Notes: generated by a model not told the origin, from the letters alone. DNA of 64,000 bases from a virus (IMGVR_UViG_3300045771_000049:32001-96000), one strand, 5' to 3'; positions 1-10,813 are shown, counted from the first letter of the stretch. Program-made: numbers and translations.

Positions 1-149
1 TCAGCTACTCAAAACCGCGCTCGCCAGCGGGCGAGGATCGCCGACCTTTAAGACTGCGATCGCCAACATCGCGTCCATGCAAATTGCCCTGGGTGACAAA
101 GTACCCGAGCTTCGTAGCATCGATCTGACCATCTTCGGCGGCTAGGCGA

Positions 150-719
150 ATGCGTAATTTCATCACGATCATTGAAGCCTATCAGTACCAGATGTTCCCA
201 CCCGAACGGCTGTATCATACCACCTCGCCGTTTGCCGCGTTCGAAATCCTCACCCATGGCGCAGTGCGGCCGAAAGACCCTGACGGCTTCATCTCGTTTT
301 CAGAAAAACCGCATCTGACGGACATCACCGCGCACGGCGCAACCCTTGTGTTTGATCTGCGCAAGCTCTACGCCCAGCTTGAACCGGTCGAATATACCGA
401 GGAATGGGCACACGAACATGCCGCCCAAGCCCGCTACATCGCAGGCGATGGCTGGACGGCCCAGTTCGAATATTCATCCGACGATGGGGACGACGAGTTT
501 GACGATGATGATGGTTACGATGCCGCCTATGCCGCTGCTGAAATCGACGCTTTCCTGGCCAAGGCCGAGGAAGACGAATGGATTTCGCTGCATCCGGGCA
601 TGCCGGTTCAGTTTCGTCCGGATGCCGTGGTCGCGATCATTCTCGACGAGATCGAGGCCGACACCCAAAGCGAATTGACGGCGATGGGCTACGGCCACGT
701 TATCATTCAGCAGGCATAA
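150..719 (+). CDS. ADP-ribosyltransferase-fold protein with N-terminal leader (putative virion-internal protein)
   Basis: LYHTTS...ISFS...AEEDE ART-like strand motifs; MRNFITIIE leader; acidic insert. Confidence 0.6.
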   Translation: MRNFITIIEAYQYQMFPPERLYHTTSPFAAFEILTHGAVRPKDPDGFISFSEKPHLTDITAHGATLVFDLRKLYAQLEPVEYTEEWAHEHAAQARYIAGDGWTAQFEYSSDDGDDEFDDDDGYDAAYAAAEIDAFLAKAEEDEWISLHPGMPVQFRPDAVVAIILDEIEADTQSELTAMGYGHVIIQQA

Positions 720-1506
720 CCTGCATTCGCCATGCAGGTCCGTCAGTGTCCAATTGTCGATTATAATATTCACGCCCAAACGCGGTCAGACGATACAATT
801 TGGTTCGAGTAGCACTATCATAACGTTCAACGATGATATCACCGAATTTGGTCGCGGTACATAGCTCAGAGACGCGCCCATCGACAGGATGGCGATATCC
901 CCCGTGCGAACTTTTAGACTTGGCTTCGAGGTCTATGTTCAACGCCTGATTCAGCGCAACACATAACATTTCTTTAGTCACTATAGGATGATTTTGCAGC
1001 GTCTCACAAATGACCAGATGTTCTTTGCCGAGTCTCGCAGGTTTGCGCCTAGTCTGACTCTTGACTTTTAGCTTGGTTCCTCGCCCTCCCATGTTGGAGG
1101 CTGTCTGCAACATTTTCACCTGTGCGTCAGTGGTTTCGGCGGCGTAGACCTTGCACGGTATCTCAACCCATCGTTCATATTCGATCCGTTGCGACGATCG
1201 CGCCCCGATATCGCTGAGTTGCAATGCGCGTTCAGCATCGGCCAATTTAGTTTCACAGGAAAACCAACGCTGAATACCATAAATAAGTTCGTATTTGACT
1301 TTACCATGCACGATTCGCACACCGATCGCCTCGACGCACCCGATTGCATCCATCGACGGCACCAGCACTGCATTGCAAAAGTCCTGATCAACCTGATGAC
1401 GTTGCGAAGCCGATACAGTGATATCCCGCAACGGGATTTGCTCATAGTACGGGCGAAGCCGCAAGGACGCCCCGATTAGGGTAGCGTCGAGAATTTTTGC
1501 GACCAT
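703..1506 (-). CDS. ParB/Srx-like N-terminal domain protein with possible C-terminal HTH
   Basis: IPLRDI...AIGVR...YELIYGIQRW...IPCKV pattern typical of the ParB-like fold; ATG abuts the stop codon of the upstream gene. Confidence 0.6.
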   Translation of the reverse strand: MVAKILDATLIGASLRLRPYYEQIPLRDITVSASQRHQVDQDFCNAVLVPSMDAIGCVEAIGVRIVHGKVKYELIYGIQRWFSCETKLADAERALQLSDIGARSSQRIEYERWVEIPCKVYAAETTDAQVKMLQTASNMGGRGTKLKVKSQTRRKPARLGKEHLVICETLQNHPIVTKEMLCVALNQALNIDLEAKSKSSHGGYRHPVDGRVSELCTATKFGDIIVERYDSATRTKLYRLTAFGREYYNRQLDTDGPAWRMQVMPAE

Positions 1507-2520
1507 TTAGAGATTGCTGCGATACAGGCAGAGGCGCTCAGTGGCATTTAATTTCTTGTCGTAGGTCTCATCACATCGCCGAGCCGCGACAGCCTCCAGA
1601 GCCGACTGGTATGAGAGCGGAAGCTGCCGACCGGTTCGGATCACCGCCGCCGCAGCCTGCCACAAATAGGGTTCGGCCCGCCGCAGAAAATGATCATGCT
1701 CGCTAGCCTCCTCCAGTAATTTCACAACGATGGCAATGTCTTCATCGGCGATACTGAGGTCAGCACTGTTTAGTGAATCGAACTGGCTACCCCACGGAAT
1801 CGTGCCGCCTAGAACGACTCCAACTAACGCTGCATTTATTTGCTCTCTTCCTGCGACCGCCTTCCTGCCTCCACAGGCAAATCGACTAATGTTGATATCC
1901 GGATCAAGTCTCGCCCGAATGATAGCCCGCGTTCCGGCCGAAATTACCACCCCACGCGGATCAAGACTCTTAACGATTTTCTTTCCCACGCGCATGCCAT
2001 GGGAATTCAGGTCAACCAATATAACCTTTGCGAACTCCTGTGAAACATTTGCAACTATAGTGTACTTGAACGGCGTATCGCCAATGTCCGGGCGCTGAAC
2101 GCGGACCATGTAGAGTGCTTCTAACTGGGTTTCACCATCGATCGGAAATAATGCCGATCTAGATAAGATATCGAGACCACCGCCGTCCACCGAAATCGCC
2201 GCTTTTTCTACCCACATAGTGATCGCAGGAGTGAACGCCATCTTGCCGTCGAGCAAACCCAGCCAGTAATCGCGGTAGCTTATGGCGTTCCGCTTACGTG
2301 CTGCAAGAAATGGTCTCTGAACCGAATCGCGGGCCATTTTGATGTTAAGAGCCACAGGATCGCGTTCCATATCAACAAGCCGGGCGCGCTCCGCCCATAA
2401 CGGTTCGGTCAGCCCGACTTTCTCCCAGTCATTTAACGTCACATGAGTCTGCCACTCTAAACCACCGCCAGGGAGTGGTTGGGGCGGCATGGGACGCAAT
2501 TTTAGACTTGAGTTGGCCAT
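1507..2520 (-). CDS. DGQHR/DndB-like domain protein
   Basis: FTPAIT...PIDGETQLEA (DGQHR variant)...LVDLN...SLDPR pattern. Confidence 0.65.
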   Translation of the reverse strand: MANSSLKLRPMPPQPLPGGGLEWQTHVTLNDWEKVGLTEPLWAERARLVDMERDPVALNIKMARDSVQRPFLAARKRNAISYRDYWLGLLDGKMAFTPAITMWVEKAAISVDGGGLDILSRSALFPIDGETQLEALYMVRVQRPDIGDTPFKYTIVANVSQEFAKVILVDLNSHGMRVGKKIVKSLDPRGVVISAGTRAIIRARLDPDINISRFACGGRKAVAGREQINAALVGVVLGGTIPWGSQFDSLNSADLSIADEDIAIVVKLLEEASEHDHFLRRAEPYLWQAAAAVIRTGRQLPLSYQSALEAVAARRCDETYDKKLNATERLCLYRSNL

Positions 2521-2594
2521 TTTTAACTCCGTGTGAATAGGGTAAAGTTGACCCCATTTACATAGGGGCGGTGATCGATCCAGACAAGTGTATT

Positions 2595-3701
2595 TTAGGC
2601 GGCGACAAACTGAAAAATGTTTCCGGCCAAATGAACAGTCCGGTTAAAGATATGAAGTTCGATTAAATTGTTCCATTCATCTGAGTGGATTGGCTGCAAC
2701 GATTTCACGCTGTTGCTGATCCGCTCCAATAATCCTTTCCAAGTTACCCGACCTGTTTCACCGCCGACTGCGTTGATCAGAAACTCCTCCAAGGTGACGA
2801 CCTTGATCGTCAGTTCAGGATACTTCGTACGAATCCGCATCATGATACTGGTCTGGGTGTCGGCGACAAACGCCTGTTTGGCCGAGGAGACCATGGTCAC
2901 GCGATTACACCATCCCGAATTGATGGCCTTCTTGCAGGTCTCCTGGAGCATCGCGAGGGTAATCGGGGCCGACTTTACTTCAATTGTATAGTCATCTCCA
3001 TCGATATCGCCCACGCCACTCTTGTCATTGGACTGCAAAAGGGTTTTGCGGGACACATTGTTATCACGCTCGTGGGCGGCCGACCATGCAACCGTTTCAA
3101 CCCGCTCGCTGGGATACTCTTGGAGAAATTGATTGATGATCATCGATGCTAGGTCTGGCTCGACCTTCGATGTAGTCACCGGCACCGTGTGCCTTCGCTT
3201 TGACATCACGCGATACCGTGCTGCCAAGGCATCGAACACCTCGATCGCATGGCCCGACTCGATCAAATCAATAAATCTCAAGAACAGCCATCGCACATCT
3301 TCACTACGAAACGATCCCCGAAAGTCCCAATCAAACACAGTTGGATTCATCAAACAGCGACGCACCCCAGCACCCGGATCGTTGCTGATCAGCGTATGAT
3401 CGAAATGCTCACGCGCAATGGGGGTGATGATATTACCCACCGTGCGCAAAGTCGGATGCGAGGAGTCAAAATATGTCATGTCACTGAAAAAACGGGTGTT
3501 GCACGCCGGTACAACAACCTTGTAAGCAGCGATACAAAAGACAGCCGTGGTGGTGACGTAGCTGCCGTTATGCCCAGCAAATCCGTCCGCCGTGGCGAGA
3601 CGCTCCGCGAGATCACGGACACACTTGGAGGGAAGCGTGTCAGCGTAGAGACGATCTCGAACCCATAGGTTAAGCCGTCCAGTAACGCGATCAATCGGCA
3701 T
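2595..3701 (-). CDS. putative PD-(D/E)xK restriction endonuclease
   Basis: GDID...IEVKS catalytic-like motif; ATG at 3701 with a GGGGGAGA SD overlaps the end of the MTase gene. Confidence 0.6.
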   Translation of the reverse strand: MPIDRVTGRLNLWVRDRLYADTLPSKCVRDLAERLATADGFAGHNGSYVTTTAVFCIAAYKVVVPACNTRFFSDMTYFDSSHPTLRTVGNIITPIAREHFDHTLISNDPGAGVRRCLMNPTVFDWDFRGSFRSEDVRWLFLRFIDLIESGHAIEVFDALAARYRVMSKRRHTVPVTTSKVEPDLASMIINQFLQEYPSERVETVAWSAAHERDNNVSRKTLLQSNDKSGVGDIDGDDYTIEVKSAPITLAMLQETCKKAINSGWCNRVTMVSSAKQAFVADTQTSIMMRIRTKYPELTIKVVTLEEFLINAVGGETGRVTWKGLLERISNSVKSLQPIHSDEWNNLIELHIFNRTVHLAGNIFQFVAA

Positions 3702-4761
3702 TGGTGGTCTCCCCCTGCGGGAAATTAAAAACGTCATCCGACTTGCGGAGAGCTTCCAAACGTTTCTCGGCCAAATCCTTGTACTCGGCACTGATCTCGA
3801 TACCGACGTACTTACGACCGGTGTTTAATGCCGCCACCGCCGTGGTGCCACTCCCCATGAACGGGTCCAGTACCACCCCTCCTGGTGGCACCAGCAACTG
3901 AATGAACTCTTCGATTAGCTCGACCGGAAAGACCGCTGGATGTTTGTTGTGCGGGATCGTCTCGACGCTCTGACAAATGTAATCCCGCACGTGATCCACC
4001 TTCATGGTGTCACCCGCTAAGCGAATGATGGAGAAGCCCTGGTTCAAGATTTGCGTGTTGCGACCACCCGCCTGTCCGCCATAGGCCAGTGCATGGTAAC
4101 CGCGAATCTTCATCCGAATGCCGGAAATCTTCTGGCTCTTGACATCTTCGACGGCAAGCCGCAGGGCGTCATACGCGGCTTGTTTTTCGCCCTCCGTCAA
4201 TGCCGACGCATCGATCAATGCCTGATATTTCTGACCGAATCGCGGACCCACTTTCGGACGCAGCGCCTTCTCGGTCTCCTCGATCTTCTGGAATTCATTT
4301 ACCTTGAAATAGGTGCGTTGTTTCTTATTGCCCCAAATGAAGAATGGCTCTGTCGCCGACACCAGCTTTGTGTCGTCCTGACGCGGCGTTGGATTGGATT
4401 TGATCCAGGTAACCTCGTTGATCAATTGCAGTTCGGATATTTGATCCTGCACCGCGAGCGCAAAGCGAAAGGGTACCAATAGCAAGTTGCCGTCATCAAT
4501 TTTGTCACCCATGTTCACGCAGATCGAGCCGCTCGGTTTGACGATGCGCTGACAGGCCTTCATGATCGGCAGCAAATTCGCGATGTAATCAGCGACCGTG
4601 GCCTCGTGGCCCAACCCGTCCTTGTTGTCTGGCCCGCCATAAATGCGCTGATTGAAATACGGCGGACTGCAAATCACCGAATCAATCGAAGCGTCCGGAA
4701 ATTCTGCGCAGTTCGAGAGGAAGCGAAGACACTCGCCCGAATAAATCTGATTTAAATTCAT
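3691..4761 (-). CDS. beta-class DNA N4-cytosine/N6-adenine methyltransferase
   Basis: SPPY (motif IV) N-terminal; HPAVFP; LDPFMGSGTT (motif I) C-terminal. Confidence 0.92.
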   Translation of the reverse strand: MNLNQIYSGECLRFLSNCAEFPDASIDSVICSPPYFNQRIYGGPDNKDGLGHEATVADYIANLLPIMKACQRIVKPSGSICVNMGDKIDDGNLLLVPFRFALAVQDQISELQLINEVTWIKSNPTPRQDDTKLVSATEPFFIWGNKKQRTYFKVNEFQKIEETEKALRPKVGPRFGQKYQALIDASALTEGEKQAAYDALRLAVEDVKSQKISGIRMKIRGYHALAYGGQAGGRNTQILNQGFSIIRLAGDTMKVDHVRDYICQSVETIPHNKHPAVFPVELIEEFIQLLVPPGGVVLDPFMGSGTTAVAALNTGRKYVGIEISAEYKDLAEKRLEALRKSDDVFNFPQGETTNAD

Positions 4762-4994
4762 ATTTCGCCTAATGGAATACAGAAAAATATACGCGATTAA
4801 AGCCGGATATTTATCCCGTCGAAATTCGACTGGTCAAGCGCTCAGACCGGTATTCCATCTAGATGGGACCGCTGCTCCTGGTTTGCCACACGCCCTGGTT
4901 GTTTCGCCCGCTCTTTGGCGTCAGTGCTTCAAGCGCAAAGAACGGCATTGAACTGAGAGAATGCAACGCATCCTCGAAACCAAGCACCAAACAC

Positions 4995-5001
4995 CTAAAT
5001 A
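4995..5001 (+). promoter_or_regulatory. T4-like late promoter motif CTAAATA
   Basis: 20 nt upstream of ATG 5022; the same motif precedes many genes in the window. Confidence 0.65.
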
Positions 5002-5021
5002 CTATAAACTTGGATCGAGCC

Positions 5022-6770
5022 ATGCCCTCTTTAAACCAACTTCGGATTTTATCGTCTGGTAAAGAGACCTTTGTCACGCAGAACGTGGCTGTCGCGGCTT
5101 CGACCGGTCAAGCGGCCAGCACAACGGCGAATCCCGCGCAGGTAACCTCGGTGTTTGGCCGCACAGGCGCTGTGGTCCTAACCCTGGCCGATGTGATCGC
5201 CGGTCTCGGGTATGCCCCCGTATCGCCGACCTCGCCGATATTTCTCGGCACCCCCACCGCGCCGATGCCGCCCCTGAATGACAATTCGTCCGCCCTGGCC
5301 ACCACCGCCTGGGTGAAGGAACAAGCCGGGTTCGGCAATGGTCTGGTTATCACCGCTGTAACCAATGGGCTCTATCTGTCACCCACGGGCGTGCTTAGCT
5401 CGCTGATCATCAGCGTGTTTGGCCGAACTGGCGCGATTCTAATGACGGCCAGTGATGTGATTTCGTCGCTGAGCTACGTCCCGGCCTCGATCGATTCGCC
5501 GATCTTCACCGGCAGCCCCACGGCACCGACAGCTTTGACTTCGGATGCCTCAAATGCCTTAGCCACGACGGCCTTCGTTAAAAACGCGATTCCGGCCCAA
5601 GCCGGGCTGGTCATCGCCAATATCGGTCTCGGTCTCGCTCTGACGGCGGGCAACTTGACGGCCAATGTCGATTCGGTGTTCGGCCGGAGCGGACAGATCG
5701 TTCTCACCGCCGCTGATATCACAACAGCGTTAAGCTTCGCTCCGGCCCCGATCGCCTCTCCGGCGCTCACTGGCACCCCGACCACCCCAACCGCTGGATT
5801 GGGTGACAATTCCGGCACCGTGGCCTCCACGGCGTTTGTACAAGCCTCCTTGGCCTCGTTTACGCAGTTGGCGAATGTCCAGGTGATCGGCGCCGGTCTG
5901 ACACTAATCACCGGCACCCTCTCCGCTACGGTCCTGTCAGTGTTTGGACGGTCCGGCAATATCGTCTTAACAGCGTCAGATGTCGCGCTGGCCCTGACAT
6001 TCACCCCCGCTCCGCTCAATTCCCCGGTGTTCAGCGGAATTCCAGCCGCGCCCACCCCGATCGCCACAGACAATTCGACGAGTCTAGCAACGACCGCGTT
6101 TGTGCAAAATCTCGTGCAAACCGCGTCGCCCTTGCTGATCGCGACCATTGGCAGCGGCCTGACACTCACGTCAGGCACCCTCAGTTCCACCGTGACCTCA
6201 GTGTTTGGCCGCACCGGCAGCATCCTGCTAACCGCCTCGGATGTCACCACGGCCCTGAGTTTCATTCCGGCCCCATTGATCTCCCCAGCGTTGACCGGGA
6301 CTCCGACTGCACCCACTCAACTCAGTTCCGATAACAGCACCCGGCTGGCGACCACAGCCTATGTCCGAAGTCTGCTCTCGGCCAATGCGGTTGGCTACGC
6401 GCAACTGCCGATCGAGGTGCAACAATTGCCCTTGGGGTTTGTCATCGCAGGCCGACCCCCTGCCAATCAGCCGTATTATTTGGTGATGGCAATGGCCGTG
6501 ACGCTGCCCGCGAATCTGGCAGGCACGGTGATCTATTGCGGCTCAGTTGCCACGGCCAATGCGGTGTTCACCATCAACAAGATCAGCAGCGGCACAACAA
6601 CGATGCTCGGCGCGATTACGGTGACCGCAGCCTCGCACACCAGCGCGACACTCAGCACCCAGACGCAAGCCAGTCTGGCGATCGGCGATGTGTTGCAATT
6701 GGTGGGGCCGCCTACGCAAGACGTTACACTGAGCGATCTTGGCATTACCATCCTCTGTGCGAAGGTCTGA
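5022..6770 (+). CDS. tail fibre-like repeat protein
   Basis: five SVFGR(T/S)G.I.LT / SP..TGTPTAPT...DNS..LATTA repeats; start moved to ATG 5022, after TAAATA. Confidence 0.8.
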   Translation: MPSLNQLRILSSGKETFVTQNVAVAASTGQAASTTANPAQVTSVFGRTGAVVLTLADVIAGLGYAPVSPTSPIFLGTPTAPMPPLNDNSSALATTAWVKEQAGFGNGLVITAVTNGLYLSPTGVLSSLIISVFGRTGAILMTASDVISSLSYVPASIDSPIFTGSPTAPTALTSDASNALATTAFVKNAIPAQAGLVIANIGLGLALTAGNLTANVDSVFGRSGQIVLTAADITTALSFAPAPIASPALTGTPTTPTAGLGDNSGTVASTAFVQASLASFTQLANVQVIGAGLTLITGTLSATVLSVFGRSGNIVLTASDVALALTFTPAPLNSPVFSGIPAAPTPIATDNSTSLATTAFVQNLVQTASPLLIATIGSGLTLTSGTLSSTVTSVFGRTGSILLTASDVTTALSFIPAPLISPALTGTPTAPTQLSSDNSTRLATTAYVRSLLSANAVGYAQLPIEVQQLPLGFVIAGRPPANQPYYLVMAMAVTLPANLAGTVIYCGSVATANAVFTINKISSGTTTMLGAITVTAASHTSATLSTQTQASLAIGDVLQLVGPPTQDVTLSDLGITILCAKV

Positions 6771-6773
6771 TTC

Positions 6774-8291
6774 ATGGCATACTTGCTCGCTGATACTTTT
6801 GATTTCTACGGAAGCTACGCTGATCTCGCCCTGCGTTGGATCATCGGCCCCTATGTGCCCGCGTTTGTCCCAGCGGCGAACACCGCCTTCGGCACCGGGC
6901 AGGCATTGCAGGCGAATGACATCAATGGCCTCGCTTTATCGATGCAAGGCAACTTCGTGACCACCGGCACGCTGGGTGGCAATGAGCCAACCATCTATTT
7001 GTCTTTTCGTCTGAAAGCTCTTCCCGGCATCGGCATCGGCCAGCAATTCCAAGTCCTGCTGACCAGCAATAGTTCCCCACAGATCGCCATCCAATTTACC
7101 GGGGATGGCTCGATCGTGATCCGCAACGGCGGCACGGGAGGGTTCCCCCTCGCACCCGCCCAGCCTGCCGCCTTTGTGATCAACACCTGGGACAGTTGGC
7201 AGGTCAAAGTGTTCATCAGTCAAGCAGCAGGCACCGTCGAGGTCCGCAAAAACGGCTCGACGACACCATTGTTTGTATTGACCAATGTAAACACCCAGGC
7301 CAGCAGCACAGCCTCGGCCAATGGCCTGCAACTTTACAACAACACCAGCGGCACCAGCACCCCGTTTTGGGCACTCGATGATCTCTACGTGAACAGTGCG
7401 AATGACGCGGCCCCAACCTCCTGGCCGGGCGATGTGCGCGGCACCGTCGTGATGCCGAATGGTGCCGTGACTACAGGTTTCACCGCGTTTCCGGCTGCCC
7501 TGATCGCGCATCGCTATTGGCGGATCAACATAACCACTGTATCAAATGGGAATAACGTCAATCTTGCTGAACTCCAAATGGCATCCTCTGTTGGCGGCGC
7601 TAATCTGTTCGGTTCCGGCACGGCTTTCGCGTCGGCCGCCCAGGGCAGCAGCTATCCCGCCTCGGCTGCCTGTGATGGTAATCTAACGAGTTTCTGGAGC
7701 ACGCCCGATACCGGATCATCAACATCATTACCACAATGGTGGGCATATGATTTCGGCGCGGGCCACAGTTTGATCGTAACGGAGGTTCGGATTTACCCGC
7801 TGAATGTGAGCGGCTCGCCCTACGCACCAACCGCCTTCACGCTGGACTATTCGGACGACAGTTCGATTTGGACAACGGTGCAAGCCTTCACAACGGCCGG
7901 TTGGTCGATCAGCACGTGGCAGACCTTTGACGTGACCGGTTACGGCCTGTCAAATTACGCGGCCGTGAATAATCCCACCGAAAATGGCGGGGCGACCTAC
8001 GTGCAAGCCTCCGTGATCGGGACCGAAGACCTGTATAGCGTCTCGCCGACGAGCGCGCAGAATGTCATCGGCGTGAATGTATTTGCGTATTTGAAACGGT
8101 CTGATTCTGGGAGCAAAACTGCTGGCATTCAGGTCAAGCTCAGTGGCGGCACGGATACCACGGAGCTAACCATCAATCCCTCGTTGAGCTACGCGTGGCA
8201 GACGGCCTATCTGGCGGTCGATCCAACGGGCGCACCCTGGACCCCAACGACGGTCACGACGATGAATCTCGGCATCAAGGTCATTACGTAA
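6774..8291 (+). CDS. virion/fibre protein with F5/8 type C (discoidin)-like domain
   Basis: YPASAACDGNLTSFWS...WWAYDFG...VTEVRI...FTLDYSDD..WT pattern; in an operon with the fibre gene. Confidence 0.7.
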   Translation: MAYLLADTFDFYGSYADLALRWIIGPYVPAFVPAANTAFGTGQALQANDINGLALSMQGNFVTTGTLGGNEPTIYLSFRLKALPGIGIGQQFQVLLTSNSSPQIAIQFTGDGSIVIRNGGTGGFPLAPAQPAAFVINTWDSWQVKVFISQAAGTVEVRKNGSTTPLFVLTNVNTQASSTASANGLQLYNNTSGTSTPFWALDDLYVNSANDAAPTSWPGDVRGTVVMPNGAVTTGFTAFPAALIAHRYWRINITTVSNGNNVNLAELQMASSVGGANLFGSGTAFASAAQGSSYPASAACDGNLTSFWSTPDTGSSTSLPQWWAYDFGAGHSLIVTEVRIYPLNVSGSPYAPTAFTLDYSDDSSIWTTVQAFTTAGWSISTWQTFDVTGYGLSNYAAVNNPTENGGATYVQASVIGTEDLYSVSPTSAQNVIGVNVFAYLKRSDSGSKTAGIQVKLSGGTDTTELTINPSLSYAWQTAYLAVDPTGAPWTPTTVTTMNLGIKVIT

Positions 8292-8330
8292 ATGATGATG
8301 ATACGGTTCATCGATCGCTGGAATTAACAG

Positions 8331-9101
8331 ATGCTGGGCCTATCGCTTGGAGACGCCCCACTAGGAAGTGAGCCGGAACAACTAATCAGTCTAGGCGGCA
8401 TCTTCGCGACCACCGCCCTGGGGGTCGTGCTAGCTGTCAAAAGCCCAACCCTTCTCGGTGTCTCGGCAACCAGTGCGATTGGTGCCCTGCTCACGTCGGA
8501 TAATCGGCTGCTGACCGGGCAGGACGCGATCAGCGCGATCGGCCTTGCTGCTATTACCGAGACGAGAACCATTCCTGCGGGGGTCCTTGCCACCGCAGTC
8601 TCCGGCATGGTTACCTTGCCGGTCAATCCAACGATCAGCGGCCTATTGGCGACCAGTGTCTTTGGCCTGCCAACCTACACCGAGAGCCGCGCGCTCACCG
8701 GGGTATTGGCGACCGGCGCGCGTGGGATCGTGGTTCCCACCGTCATCCCATCCATCAGTGGTCTGTATGGAACCGGGGTATTGGGTGCGCCCACGCTGAT
8801 CAGCAGTTTTCCTGGCCTGTATGCGACCGGCGCGTTCTGGAGTGTCGTGCCTACCCATTTGATCGGCTTGCCGGGTGTCAGTTCCATAAGTGCGATCGGC
8901 GCCTTGGTTTCACTGAGTTTCGTGCGGTTGAGCCAACTGGGTGCCGAGGTGTGGAATCAAGGCACGCCTGCGGTTCGCGTCAGTCAACTGGGTGCGGAAG
9001 TTTGGAACCAAGGTCTACCGGCCATCCGGCTGTCGCAGATCGGCGTTGAGGTTTGGGAAAATCTGCACGTGCAGAGCGTTTTCGTCATCTTCATGGCTTG
9101 A
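8331..9101 (+). CDS. virion structural repeat protein
   Basis: G/A/T-rich repeats; three C-terminal VR(L/V)SQLGAEVW repeats; in the fibre operon. Confidence 0.6.
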   Translation: MLGLSLGDAPLGSEPEQLISLGGIFATTALGVVLAVKSPTLLGVSATSAIGALLTSDNRLLTGQDAISAIGLAAITETRTIPAGVLATAVSGMVTLPVNPTISGLLATSVFGLPTYTESRALTGVLATGARGIVVPTVIPSISGLYGTGVLGAPTLISSFPGLYATGAFWSVVPTHLIGLPGVSSISAIGALVSLSFVRLSQLGAEVWNQGTPAVRVSQLGAEVWNQGLPAIRLSQIGVEVWENLHVQSVFVIFMA

Positions 9102-9200
9102 TCGCCGATCTGGAACGGATTGTCGCCCGATTGCGCGCTTGACGCGCAGCTAAAGCGAATGCTACGAGCCGAGTGACCCTGACAGCCAAGAGGTTCAGTC

Positions 9201-9716
9201 ATGTCCGGATCGTTTGATCTCACCAGCGCGCTGACCGCGCTCGTCACCTCACAAGTACGCACCACACCGACCGGGATCACCAGCGACGAATTGATGGTTG
9301 ATCCGAGCAACACGCATGGGCATCAAGGCAATAACGATGATTTTGTCCTGAAAAACAACGGTGACGATTTTCAGTTGTTCCGTAGCCATGATGATCTGAC
9401 CTTCATCCACGGCGCCAATGACACTGCTAGCTACTGGGGTGGCGGCAATCAGACGATCTATGACTCGGGATCAGGGACCACCTTGCAATTCAGCGAGTTG
9501 GATCAGGCCCAGGTGAAAATCTACGACTTCCAGAACGACGCGACCGGTCGCGTGCTGGTCTACAATCCAACGGTCACCACCCTGGCGCCCGATGGTCACG
9601 GCGGTACCATGCTCGGCAGCATCGATTTCATCAATGATCCGAATCTGTCGATGAACCAAATTGGTTTTGTGCACACGGTGTCGCCGCCTTCGCAAGGCGG
9701 ATTGCTTCCAGTCTGA
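9201..9716 (+). CDS. hypothetical protein resembling part of a bacterial secreted beta-rich protein
   Basis: GAGG SD; DGHGGTML and G/N/D-rich turns. Confidence 0.45.
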   Translation: MSGSFDLTSALTALVTSQVRTTPTGITSDELMVDPSNTHGHQGNNDDFVLKNNGDDFQLFRSHDDLTFIHGANDTASYWGGGNQTIYDSGSGTTLQFSELDQAQVKIYDFQNDATGRVLVYNPTVTTLAPDGHGGTMLGSIDFINDPNLSMNQIGFVHTVSPPSQGGLLPV

Positions 9717-9730
9717 CCGAATAGCCTATC

Positions 9731-10330
9731 TCACCCCTCGATCGAAGTGATCGCTTTCTTGACCGCTTCGAGGACCGAGGTGACGCCTTGCGTGGTCATC
9801 TTGCGTTGATCCCGTGAGGCGATGTTTTCCATCACCTCACCGGCACGGGCGAAGATACGTCCAGCAGCACCGCATTTCTTTTGCAAATTGGTGCGACCAA
9901 GAGCGGACATCGTCTCGACGAGTATCGGTTTTTTCGGGATCGAGACTTCCACACGGTTCATTGCCTCGCTGAGCGAACTCGCCTTCACCGAAGGCTTTTG
10001 CGTTTTGATTTGCACCTTTTCCATGGTCTCGGCCAAACTGACACGCGGCTGCCGGATCACCTGCATGGTGCCACTGGTCGGCGTGAAGAAATACCCGCCG
10101 GTGATGACCTCGACGCGATATTTCGGCTCGGCTTCTTGCAGATCGAGCGCCGGTATCCGGGCCAGCCATTTGTCCTGGCGACCCTTCGCACAATTCACCA
10201 CAACATCGTAGCCTGCACTCTCGACCACAAAACGCACAGCGGATTCATTCGCCGTGGCGCCCTGGATCATGACATCAAATTCGAATTCGGTCGGCTTGCC
10301 ATTGTTGATGGTCAGATTGGGTTGGGCCAT
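9731..10330 (-). CDS. hypothetical phage late protein
   Basis: GGAGGA SD; CTAAATA at 10351-10357 on the minus strand. Confidence 0.6.
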   Translation of the reverse strand: MAQPNLTINNGKPTEFEFDVMIQGATANESAVRFVVESAGYDVVVNCAKGRQDKWLARIPALDLQEAEPKYRVEVITGGYFFTPTSGTMQVIRQPRVSLAETMEKVQIKTQKPSVKASSLSEAMNRVEVSIPKKPILVETMSALGRTNLQKKCGAAGRIFARAGEVMENIASRDQRKMTTQGVTSVLEAVKKAITSIEG

Positions 10331-10414
10331 GGTATCCTCCGGGAATGGATTATTTAGCGAAGGCGCCAGAAACCCGCGACCTCTTTAGGGTCGCGGATGA
10401 ATGGCGCTGCGCAC

Positions 10415-10813
10415 TCAACCTTGGTTCTCAATGTATTTCCTGATCGTCTCCTGTGATGCATTGCCAACCGAACAGGCGAAGTAGCTGGGCGACCAGAACG
10501 TGTGCTTCTTCCAGAAATGCCGTGATAACGCGGGTGCGTGATGTGACCATAGATCATGCGTCGTCTCGGATTTGAGCTTGCTCACAATCTGCGTGACCGA
10601 AATGTTCGGCTTATACGACACCATCAGATGGATGTGGTTCTTGTCCACTTCTATTGTATCGATCTCGAAGTTGCTCCGCGTAGATATTTCAAGCATCTTG
10701 GCTTTGACCTCATCGCCATAGGTGATAAGCAGCTTCTTGCGGTATTTGACGGTGAATATCAGATGAACGAGCAAGAGAAACTTTCTGTGGTCTTCGGATG
10801 ATAACAAACGCAT
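10415..10813 (-). CDS. tnpA: Y1 HUH transposase
   Basis: HLIFTVKYRK; HIH motif; FWSPSYF...IRKYIENQ. Confidence 0.95.
   Translation of the reverse strand: MRLLSSEDHRKFLLLVHLIFTVKYRKKLLITYGDEVKAKMLEISTRSNFEIDTIEVDKNHIHLMVSYKPNISVTQIVSKLKSETTHDLWSHHAPALSRHFWKKHTFWSPSYFACSVGNASQETIRKYIENQG

Noticed and set aside
1507-2520. Complete Dnd phosphorothioation system
   Set aside because: Only a DndB/DGQHR-like gene is present; no dndC/D/E or cysteine desulfurase in the window.
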